Positions 36,201 to 46,356 of a stretch of 64,000 bases of DNA are shown piece after piece (the first letter of the stretch is position 1; the number at the start of each line of letters is the position of its first letter). The notes under the pieces are model-generated. The model saw only the letters and a program-made list of their open reading frames with translations. It did not search any database and had not been told where the DNA came from. The stretch covers positions 1 to 64,000 of the forward strand of contig NW_021836167.1 of assembly GCF_006345805.1 (NCBI RefSeq). Reading direction: 5' to 3'. The DNA is from Octopus sinensis (taxonomy: Eukaryota). The position numbers were made by a program, and so were the translations under genes.

Positions 36201-36314
36201 ATCTTGCGAGGTAACTTGCTTGCAATCCAAGGTGCAGCCACTGCTGACACTTAATTAGCTATTTTGAAGAACTCTTTTGTTGTACTTGTTTGGAACGTTT
36301 GCCTTTATAAAAAA
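33246..36314 (+). mobile_element. full-length (about 3.07 kb) CRE retrotransposon with N-terminal PHD finger, disabled
   Basis: TSD AAGTTTTAAACAA at 33233-33245 and 36315-36327; PHD at 33477; RIPKSTR; RT motifs LDVRNAFNS, GVQQGDPLG, YLDD; CxCG..H..SC; KRPDG; short A-tail; two in-frame TAA and several frameshifts. Confidence 0.95.
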
Positions 36315-36350
36315 AAGTTTTAAACAAATTCAAGACAAGCAAAGGGACTA

Positions 36351-37395
36351 CAGTGAATACCCCCAAATTCGCCATTTTTGAATTCGCCAATTCTTAGATT
36401 CGCCTTTTTTTAAAAAATTCTAGTTTCAATGGAAATTCGCCAATTCTGAAATTCGCCACAATTTTTTAAAATTTTTAAATAAAAAATACAAAAATATGGA
36501 TAAATAATACATTCTTAAAAAGTTCTTGTTCAAGTTTGAAAAAAGACATGAATTCCGTCTGAGAAAATTGCATGGGCAGATAAAAATTATGTTCTTTCCT
36601 AAAAATACAACAAGAATAATTCAACCAATGGACATAGGAATTATCAAAACATTTAAAGTGCACTTTAATAAGCACCAATTATTTTATCTCACTAAAATTT
36701 TGGAAACTAACGAAGTTTCGGTTTATGAATCCTATAAACATTTAAATCTCAAAGACACTGTTTTTTATAAAAATGGCTTGGGAAGACGTATGCTCGAACA
36801 CTATTGAAAATTTCTTCAAAAACTGAAAAAAATAGATTTTGATGAACAATCTACAGATAAAAATTTAATCGATGAATTGATAATTAAAAAAAATATTTAT
36901 GATCCTATTCAAATTGAAAAATTCATTTATATAAATTATTTAGAAGAAAATGCAATTAGCGAAGAAAGTAATTTCAATAATGAAGATCCTGAAGAACAAT
37001 CTGCAGATAAAAATTTTTCCTTCAAATGAACAAACAATAGTTTATCTCACTAGAAATGAGATCGGTGTAAAATTAAGAGAAATTGAGAAGTCACTAATCG
37101 AAATTGGCGAAAACGAAGACGTGCGTCTAGTTACTTCAATTCGAAGATTTGAGGGAAAAAATCAAAATATAAAAAGACAACAAACAGGACTGGAATATTA
37201 CTTTGACAAAAAAGCATAATTCTTTCTTAAAATAAAATTAATTTTTTCAATCACGTCAATTTTGGCTATTTTCGAATTATTAAACAGTTCTACTCACATT
37301 CAAAAATAATTGATTATATTCTGAAATTCGCCATTTCTTAAATTCGCCGCAAAAAATGACGGAACCAAAAATGACAAATTTTGAAGTATTCACTG
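36351..37395 (+). mobile_element. internally deleted pogo/Tigger element with TIRs and TA TSD
   Basis: TA-CAGTGAATAC...GTATTCACTG-TA with about 30 bp of imperfect TIR; KFEKRH..KLHG fused directly to FFPKNTTRIIQPMDIGII. Confidence 0.9.
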
Positions 37396-38077
37396 TATTT
37401 CTAGAATCAAACGAGAAATATGTAATTTTGATGGATGTGAAGGTTCTGAGGGCTTCAGAGAACCCGATAATAGTGATAAACATTCATTTCTCGACAAGGT
37501 CGTTTTTACTTCATTTCAAAAGTAATAATTAAGTATGCATAAATTTCTATAGATTTAGAAATTATAATTTAGTAGTTTCCGGACCATTATTACAAACTAC
37601 TGCCAAGAAAGCAGCTCAAATTTTAAATTTACCAGAATTTAAAGCTTCCAATGGATGGCTTGACCGTTTTAAGAAACGGCATCAACTTTTTTTAAAGCAA
37701 TTTCTGGTGAAAAAAGTAATGCGACACATCCATGCTGAAAAGCTTTTTTAAAACTTATGATAATCACATGGAAGCATATTCCAACAAGGATATCTTCAAC
37801 TGCGATGAGACTGGATTATTTGTCAAATAATCCGACTGTAGATCCTTCGTAGAGTTAACGGACACTTGTAGTGGTGGCAAAAAAATAAAGAAAGAGTTAC
37901 CGTTCTTTTATGTACAAATTTAATTGGTGAGAAAATGAAACCTTTGGTAATCGGAAAATACAAGTCTCCTCGTTGTTTAAAAAATTTTAATATTGAACAG
38001 CATAATGTATTATATATGTCTTCAAAAAATGCTTGGATGACAAGTTATATTTTTAATGCATGGTTATATGTGATAAT

Positions 38078-39856
38078 TAGGGCAATTTAAGTTAAAAAAG
38101 TTAAAATATATGAAAATGTGTATTTTGGCTTAAAAGTAAAAATAAAGTATTTTTTAAATGAAATAGTTACTTATTAAAGAAAAAAATAAAGTTAAAAAGT
38201 TAAAAAAAATTTTTTTATAAAGTTAAAAATTTTAACTTTATTTAAAATAGCGCGTGGGTGTTTAGTATGCCAAGTACTGCAAAAACAATGTATTTTAAGG
38301 CAAAAAAAATTGTTATTGAATATCCGCTGGAGTTTTTATTACGAGAGAATGGCGAGTTGCAATGTCAACTTTGCTTATGCACAGTCAGGTGTGAGAAAAA
38401 GCATTTTGTGAATTCTCACCGAGAATCGAAGAAGCACTCAAATTTATTAAGTTTTTACAAATTAATATAATTTTTAGAGAATAATTTCTATCAGCCTTGT
38501 TTGGACGAGTTACCCAATGATGACTGGTCAATGCAAGTCACTAAAGCATTTATTCAATGCGATATACCCTTGCATAAATTGACTATGCCTCCTCTAAAGA
38601 ATTTATTCAAGAATACTTCTTTGCCTCTTCCTTCCCAATACAAAGCACGAATGTGCGTTAAACAATTGAAAACTGAATATATTGTATTATTTCAAGAAAA
38701 GTTTAGGTTTATGAATATATAATTTTTTAGAAATCAACTTGTATTCGCCATAAGTGACGAGGTCACTATTCGTAGTCAAAAATTTGTTGCAGTTTTAATG
38801 GGGATACTTAAAAATCCCGATAAAACTTATTTGATTTCTTTCGTAAAAATTGATAAAACTTCTACCAAAGAAACAATTATTCAAATTGTTGACGATACGA
38901 TTAAATGCGTTTTAATTGAAAGACAAAATTTCCTTCTCCTAATAACAGATTCCGCTAAATATATGCTAGCAGGTTTTAATTTAACATATAATTATAGCTG
39001 GAAAAGTTCTTAAGCTTTTATATCCAAGGTTATTTCACGTAACTTGTGTTGCTCATCTGATGCATAATTGTTCAATGAAAATCAGGACTATTTATCCTGA
39101 AATTGATTCTCTTATTGCATCAATTCAAGCGGCAATAACAAAAAATAACAAGAGAAAACGACTATTTAATGAAATTGGAATTCCACCTCATGTAGTTTTA
39201 ACTAGATGGGGTACTTGGCTAACTGCTGCATTTTATTATGCAAAAAATTTAATACATGTGATAAACATTTTCAAAACAATTCCTGATGATGGAATCATTG
39301 TTCAGGCTGCAAAAAATAGCCTAAGAGATGAATCTCTAGTAAAAAGCTTAAGTTCTATTGTTAGAAATTATTCGACAATTCCAGGTAAAACTAGTTTAAT
39401 AATAGCAGAATTATTGTGCAAATTTGAAAGTTCTCACTCCTCAATAGAGTTAGCTTACAATGAGCTAAAGAATTTAAAATTTGACGACGAATCAGATATA
39501 ATTGAAAAATATTTGAATGAACGATTACAAAAAAATGATTTATGTCAAATTATAAGAATGACAAATTCATCAATTTCTCCTGAAGAATATTGTATGCTTT
39601 TAAAGTGTCAGCCTTCATCCTCTTCCATAGAACGATGCTTCTCTCAAATTAAAAACTTTATGAGGGATAACAGAAATTTTAATATTGAAAATATAGAGAA
39701 TTATGTTATATGTTTGTATAATAAATGATTCTTAAGTTAAAATTTGTTAGGTTAAAATTTTTGTTTTATAGGTTAAAATTTGGTTATTTTTAGGTTAAAA
39801 AGTTAAAATTTTTAGGTTAAAAAATCGAAGTTTTTAGGTTAAAAAAAATTGCCCTA
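38078..39856 (+). mobile_element. complete 1779-bp hAT transposon
   Basis: 11-bp TIR TAGGGCAATTT/AAATTGCCCTA; 8-bp TSD GTGATAAT at 38070-38077 and 39857-39864; GTTAAAA subterminal repeats at both ends. Confidence 0.95.
38267..39728 (+). CDS. intact intron-containing hAT transposase, 454-461 aa
   Basis: Introns 38451-38477, 38707-38730 and 38973-38997 (optional in-frame 39385-39405) give one ORF: C2H2 finger CQLC-x14-H-x5-H, ISDE, TDSAKYM, HVTCVAH, TRWGTW, SIERCFS. Confidence 0.9.
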
Positions 39857-39960
39857 GTGATAATTTATATGTGATAATTTATCTATTCGGAACTTATTCG
39901 TCATTAATTTGTCATTAACAAATAAATTCAGAATATGTAAGAAGAACAGATTATAAGAAT

Positions 39961-40652
39961 TAGTGATGCACCGATAACCATTTTTGGATTTTGCCGATTA
40001 CCGATTATCCGCCAATTTCACCGATAGTAATTTATTTTATTAAAAATGTAATTAAATATTTTGTTTCATAAGACTTCAAGATTTCATAAGACTTGTATGA
40101 TTGAAAGAATTAAAAAATTGATTGTTAAATATATGAAGGATAGTAATTCTCATGACACGAAGTTATCTGAAAATGCCATTTCTTTGACAAAAATACAAAA
40201 TTCGGAAACATTAACATTTGAAAAAATATTTTCTCAAATTTCATCTTCTAACCGAATTATGTCTATGGAGAAAAATTACCAACATTGCTATTTGACGGAA
40301 CTTCAAAATTATTTAGAGCTAGATTTAATACCACGAACTGATAATATACTTCACGAATATATTTCCCCGCTTAAGTAAAATGGCGTTGAAATATTTAACA
40401 GCTCCTGCTTCGTCTGTAGAATGCGAAAGAGTTTTCAGCACTGGAGGAAATATATATCAACCGAAAAGAAATAGACTTTTGCCAGAGAATGGAGAAATGA
40501 TGATGTACCTTCAATATAATTTTAAAACATTAGACTTTAATTATTGATTCTTTTAAACAAAATTTGTTTTTTTAACGTTTTGTTGTATACAATTGTATTT
40601 CGGAAAATAATTACATTACCGATTAATCGGCAGATTAATCGGTGCACCTCTA
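39961..40652 (+). mobile_element. non-autonomous hAT deletion derivative
   Basis: TIR TAGTGATGCACCGAT/ATCGGTGCACCTCTA; dimerisation domain LSKMALKYLTAPASSVECERVFSTGG..KRNRL. Confidence 0.85.
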
Positions 40653-41370
40653 GATTATAGGAATCAATTCAAAAAATGTACAAAATAATGATAAATAAGT
40701 TCAGAATATGTAAGAAGAACAGATTATAGGAATCAATTCAAAAAATGTACAAAATAATGATAAATAAGTTCAGAATATGTAAGAAGAACAGATTATAGGA
40801 ATCAATTCAAAAAATGTACAAAATAATGATAAATAAGTTCAGAATATGTAAGAAGAACAGATTATAGGAATCAATTCAGAAAATGTACAAAATAATGATA
40901 AATAAGTTCAGAATATGTAAGAAGAACAGATTATAGGAATCAATTCAAAAAATGTACAAAATAATGATAAATAAGTTCAGAATATGTAAGAAGAACAGAT
41001 TATAGGAATCAAATCAAAAAATGTACAAAATAATGATAAATAAGTTCAGAATATGTAAGAAGAACAGATTATAGGAATCAATTCAAAAAATGTACAAAAT
41101 AATGATAAATAAGTTCAGAATATGTAAGAAGAACAGATTATAGGAATCAATTCAAAAAATGTACAAAATAATGATAAATAAGTTCAGAATATGTAAGAAG
41201 AACAGATTATAGGAATCAATTCAAAAAATGTACAAAATAATGATAAATAAGTTCAGAATATGTAAGAAGAACAGATTATAGGAATCAATTCAAAAAATGT
41301 ACAAAATAATGATAAATAAGTTCAGAATATGTAAGAAGAACAGATTATAGGAATCAATTCAAAAAATGTT
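40653..41370. repeat. 69-bp tandem repeat, about 10.4 copies
   Basis: GATTATAGGAATCAATTC..GTAAGAAGAACA at an exact 69-bp period; a related partial single unit at about 49283-49340. Confidence 0.95.
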
Positions 41371-41566
41371 ACAAAATGATGAAATTTCGGATAATTTGAT
41401 CATTAAACGAAACTACATCGCGAATTATTCCTTCTGAATCCAATTACATTCAAAAATAATAACGACGATATTGTAAAAAAAGCACAACATGAAGAGAATC
41501 CGTGTGCTTCCACGTAGCACAATTTATTAGGTTTGCCATGAATAATTAAGATAATTAAATAATAAT

Positions 41567-41989
41567 ACAAAAGAAAATATAGGTTAATTAAGGTTGCTTA
41601 AGAGCAGAAAGGATAGCGTGGCTATTACCCCTGACAACGGTTGTTGAAAGGCGTTGAAATAGCCATTCGGTCTCCCTTCTATCTTTCGTTTGAACCGAGA
41701 TCAGGGATCCAAGTTTCCTAATGAAAGAGATTGATTCCGGGCCGAAGACTCCAGATGACTCCACAATAATCGGTTGCACTATGAACCTGTCCTTGAGCTC
41801 TGAATATTTTGATTTTTTAATTTTTTCGTAGTTCTGTGAAGCATATCCTGGAGAGGAGGCTGAAGCGATCAGGTTTGTCTCTGAGAAGGTGTCGGTGCAG
41901 GCGCAGTCCCAAACAAGGGACTTCCCGTTGGTGTACGGGAAAATTGTTATCCCAATTCTGCAGAGCAATTCTTTTGTTTTATATAATAA
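41567..41989. mobile_element. CRE insertion with internal inversion and 14-bp TSD
   Basis: TSD AATTAAATAATAAT at 41553-41566 and 41990-42003; empty site at 49509-49522; endonuclease C-terminus on the minus strand, last about 22 nt of the 3' UTR on the plus strand. Confidence 0.85.
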
Positions 41990-42039
41990 AATTAAATAAT
42001 AATTAATAAAAAATAAGATTTATTTTAATTAAAACTATT

Positions 42040-42103
42040 TTATATTTTAAGGGCTCGCGGGCCGCACCTATACATGCAAAGAGCCGCATATTTGACACCC
42101 CTG
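42040..42103 (+). mobile_element. hAT Buster-type 3' terminus (also near 49560-49623)
   Basis: GCGGGCCGCA..TTTGACACCCCTG followed by CCTTAGAT. Confidence 0.6.
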
Positions 42104-42159
42104 CCTTAGATAATTTAAATCTTTTCTTCATTATGCCGTAAATTTAAGGTTTTTTAGCT

Positions 42160-42469
42160 ATTAGAGAGTGATTTTCGTATTTTTGGACAATCTTGTACAT
42201 GTTTCGGTGATTAATCACAATACTTTCTATCGGCTCAGGCGATTCTTTTGCAAGAAGTTATGCCACAACTACGTTTTGACTATATAGTAACTAATAATTA
42301 CCCAGGGTATTATCAAGCAAAAGAACAAATGGCACATCATATTATTAAAGAAGCCAGCGTTTTCGATATGCACACTAGAGGGCCCTCTTTTTGTGGTTTT
42401 TTTGTTTATAATTTATTAGTGCCATCCATTACAATCAATGGAATACAATTTGAAGGTTGTCGCAGTTAA
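42160..42469 (+). pseudogene. proteasome-beta paralog, 3' fragment
   Basis: IGSG..NYPGYY..DMHTRG..SITINGIQFEGCRS; one acceptor is mutated; internal deletions. Confidence 0.8.
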
Positions 42470-43094
42470 CCTGTGCAAGTGAATGTGTCCAAATCTTAGA
42501 AATAAATCTGATCTTTAGAAATAAAATATGTTTAATTTATAGTATTTTTAGATGTTTTAATATCAATTGTAGCCACACTGCAAAATTTGCGCTTAAGAAA
42601 TTCTAGACCCTTATTATGATTTTTCGCTCAAATCGATAATAAACATTTGATTTCTGCTGTCACGGGAAAAATTTGAAAATTTTTTAAGTACGAAGAAAAC
42701 TTGAAAGTTTTTAAAAGACAAAAAACAACTGATCAACTTTTTTAATTACTATACTCCTCGATGTCACAGGTTCTTTGCGAACTGATAAAATATTCAGACT
42801 GCAGAGCAATAATATTAGATAGTTTAACTAAAAAAGTTATTTGTTATAAATAATCACGAAATGCTTCAAATGCCATAACAGCAATAGGAAAATTATACAA
42901 GACAATGAAAACAGCAGTAAAACATAACTGGCTTTGAAGACAGAATTATCAAACATTAAAATATGAGACAATTTAATCCATGATGAAAACACAGCCTTAA
43001 AGAATTAGAGAGAAAGGCTTAAAAAACTATACACACATCGGTTAAATGTTTGTCAAAATTAACAATTGCTGACAAAACTAACAAATACCAATTT

Positions 43095-43600
43095 TTAGGG
43101 TTCCTCCAGACCACGACCTCTTCCTCGACTTGCACCGCGAGGTCCTCCTCGGGAAGTACCTCTGCCCGCGTGACGATCCCCTTCCCGTGAATTACTTTCA
43201 GGCTGAGTAAAGCGAGACATTGGAAGAAGTTTAGCAGAATCAACGTAAAATTTGGTTTGATCTTGAAACGACTCAGGTTTTATTCCATGAGATGTTTTGA
43301 CTGAGCACATAAAACTATTTATGGGACCAAGGACATCATCCACACTACACATTAAGTCATAAACAACCGATCCAATTTGCTGCTCATTTTCGTTAAAAAT
43401 GGGTGCATTAAAGAATGGAACTTGGTCAAATCCTGAGCAATTAAGAAGCAATAAATCGTCAAAGCTCTTTTCCTTGCTCCTCCCAAACATTTTAGTTCAG
43501 ATGGCTGATTGTAGGAGTAAGATGCTCCTCTATAAGTACCTCGAGAATTGTTATATCGTCCACGTGAGTTATTGAATCCTCTAGTAATTCCTTTGTTCAT
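43095..43600 (-). pseudogene. GAR1: GAR1 copy, 3'-truncated by deletion, with indels
   Basis: Matches 52839-53394 up to the RGRGRG repeat, then fuses to unrelated sequence at about 43103. Confidence 0.85.
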
Positions 43601-43739
43601 CACCAGAAATAAAATAATAAAAATCGTGACACAATATTTTATGAAATTAATTAATTTTAAAATTGAAATTATTCTTATTAATAATCACGAGATGAATTCA
43701 TTCAAACGTTAGAGATTTTTACAGTGAACCTATCCCTAT

Positions 43740-44555
43740 TATTATTATTATTTGCAACATACGTAGAATCATATTAGTTATAATTTTACTCGTGCAGCAT
43801 TAAAAACAATCCTTTGAACCAGCCTCCTCCAACCTCCTCTGTCGTGAGCGAGTTTCCTCAGCTCGTCCAGATCCTCACCACTCCTTAGCCTTTTCTTCAC
43901 ACATTTCAGGTCTCCGTCAAGTGTTTCCCGGCAGCGTAACACGTGGACGTCCACGGAAGCTCGATCCCTCTTTCAGGAAGTAGCCCTCCATTGCTATGTT
44001 AGCTGGGGCAAGCATGTCCATTCGTAGAATATGGCCAAATAACCTCCACCGCATATTAACGATTTCCACACTCAGAGGGCCAGTTCTGCATCTATTGTAT
44101 AGCGATCCTGGTTGATTCTTATAGGCCAGTTCAATCCCAGTAGGGATCTAAGTTGCCTGCGGTGAAAAGAATCGAGTCCACGTTGTCAGTACTAGACATT
44201 CCCCAGGTCGCCGAATTATATGTCAGGATTGGTTTGACAAAGGCTTCATACATCCTCAGACGAAGTGACGTACAGAGTCGTCGTTTGCCGATCCACTCTT
44301 TCTTTATCTTGTTCATCGTGGCCCAAGCGAGAGCCTTTCTTCTAACAATATCATGGCCGTCCCCAAGTAGAGAACCGAGTTTGTTCGTTTTGCGCCAGGC
44401 TTCACTTGAGCTGCTCTCCATCCTCATGATTTCAACGATGTCGGTTTTTCCAACGTTCATTTTAAGGAACCATCTGTTCAGCTCAGCAGGTGCCACTTCA
44501 AGGAGTCGAAGTAAGGCCGATTTGTCGTCTGACACGAAGTCGACGTCATCTGCAT
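43740..44555 (-). mobile_element. 5'-truncated RTE with (TAA)n tail and 13-bp TSD
   Basis: YADDVDF, LGSLLGD, RWRLFGHILRM, RGRP; TSD AACCTATCCCTAT at 43727-43739 and 44556-44568; empty site at 53521-53533. Confidence 0.92.
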
Positions 44556-44741
44556 AACCTATCCCTATCTGGAAATAAAATTCGAATCCAAACTAAATCA
44601 ATACTAAATGAATCAATTAACCAAGTGTGTGTATTACAGGATTCAAACCCTTCTGGATAAATCTTTATGTATTGTCAGGGCTCTCAATTTGTTCCGATAA
44701 GTTAATTATGATCAATGTTAAAAAAACCTTTATTAATAAAA

Positions 44742-45079
44742 AGCCGACTTTGGGTTTGTGAAGCTTATTATTTCCCGAGAATGAGAGAAGTTGGCGAAAC
44801 AGTAAAGAATTATGATAAGATGACTCTTGAGCAAGCTCAAAGTGTGATCAGCCAGCTTACAGATCAGGATAAAAAGCTTCTTGGAATGATTGTAAGACAT
44901 GGAAACAAAGTGTCGAGTTATTCAGATAAGAACCTGATGACTCCTTATAATTTGAGTGTTTACTTTGCACCTAATTTGTTTCACTCTGGCATGTTTGAAT
45001 ATATAAATAAGTCAATTTATATGCTAAGTTTGTCGCCTATTTGATTGACAATCATGAAAAGAAACTTGAGTTTTTATAA
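44742..45079 (+). pseudogene. RhoGAP C-terminal fragment, 5'-truncated
   Basis: LLGMIVRHGNKVSSYSDKNLMTPYNLSVYFAPNLF; a 23-nt GC-AG intron at 44989-45011 continues to FVAYLIDNHEKKLEFL*. Confidence 0.7.
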
Positions 45080-45829
45080 AATAGCGGGCAAGTTTTTAAG
45101 AGTAAAACAATAAAGTGTTCATTTTAGCTTTTTTTGTCTACAAACTCAAGAGGGTGTCCATTTTTGTATTCGATAGGTGGATTGGCCACATTTGAGTTAC
45201 TTTTGGAGGACTCACTCCCTTCGTCTTAGAATTCATCAAAAAAAGGACAAATTAACAACAAATGTGCAGAAATTCAAAGACTTGCTGACTGAAATGGACC
45301 CTCAGTCGATAAACTGTGTGCTCACCACAACCTCCTGCTTTGCTCCTCGAGTTCCTGACACGTTTTTACTGTTTTTGATTACTGATAGAATACCAGAACT
45401 GGCCCGTCTCAATGGTTGTCAATTAAACTTTAAATTATATAAATATTATTATTAACCCCTAAGCTTGCTTAGCATAACAAACCCTGCACAAACAGTCATA
45501 GCTAACTAATTGAATGAAGAAGCCAAGGAAGAAGGAACTGTTTGTGCTGATCAACATTAGGCTCCAAATCTTCAATACAGCTTTCCGGATTTAAAGAGAG
45601 GTAAGGAATATCTGGTTAGCCCAGTTCCCATTTGTCAGCTTCCTACCGTTGCTCACCGCACGTCATTTGTTTCCGGAAGGGTTTTACATACTGAAGATTT
45701 TTCATTGGTAAGTAATCATAGATAGATCAATGATTATATTGTTAAAAAATTTTTAATTAAATTGAATTTTTTTAAATTTGTTTGAATAAACTAACATTAA
45801 AATAATTAGGCCATTTTTTGTGATTATAT

Positions 45830-46356
45830 ATGATAATAACAGTTTTAATTTTTATTTTGTCTAATGTGACTTGTGGTCCAGTAGCATTTGAAGAATGTGG
45901 GGGATCATCATCTATTACAAGCATTGATGTTACAGATTGTAATATGACCTCATGTTATGTATATGGAGGGGAGAATTTGGAAATAAAAATAAATCTTAAC
46001 ATATGTATAAATACGATTTTATTTTTAGCAAAGTCACTTGGAAAAATCAGCGCGGAGGGATTTATCGAAAGACCCCGTCTTCCCATTTTTAGAGCACCCA
46101 AAGCATGTCTTTATATCTCAGAGCAGTGTCCACCTGTAGAAAACAGTCAAATCAGCTTTGACTATAGACGGAAACTTCCCAATGTACATTTGAATGTATT
46201 TTATATATATTTATCATATAGCCGATGAATCTAAAAGTTTTTGTTAAGTTTTTAGAAGACGATGAAATAATTGCCTGCGCAAAATTCAATGTACAGATTG
46301 GCTCGCGTGAAAAGAATTTTGAAAATGAAATTAATGTCAAAATTCGATTTGACTGA
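45830..46356 (+). CDS. NPC2: NPC2-like ML-domain secreted lipid-binding protein
   Basis: Signal peptide; six cysteines (EEC, TDC, TSC, KAC, EQC, IAC); 24-nt (in-frame) and 26-nt introns; ends LEDDEIIACAKFNVQI..RFD*. Confidence 0.85.

Larger units (their letters stand above)
33181..38077 (+). mobile_element. outer pogo/Tigger transposase, split by nested insertions
   Basis: Pieces 33181-33245, 36328-36350 and 37398-38077 join to KLEIAKAL..QVLNKFKTSKGTISRIK, a 31-nt intron, VSGP..KASNGWLDRFKKRH, FNCDETG, PLVIGK..PRC, KNAWMT. Confidence 0.8.
41313..44741. repeat. segmental duplication block II, copy 1 (paralog of about 49283-50625 plus 52896-53706)
   Basis: Collinear similarity; this copy lacks about 2.27 kb present in copy 2 and carries two extra retro-insertions. 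Confidence 0.9.

Noticed and set aside
23245-36250. Many overlapping alternative-frame and antisense ORFs over the CRE copies
   Set aside because: Shadow ORFs caused by the higher GC content of the elements
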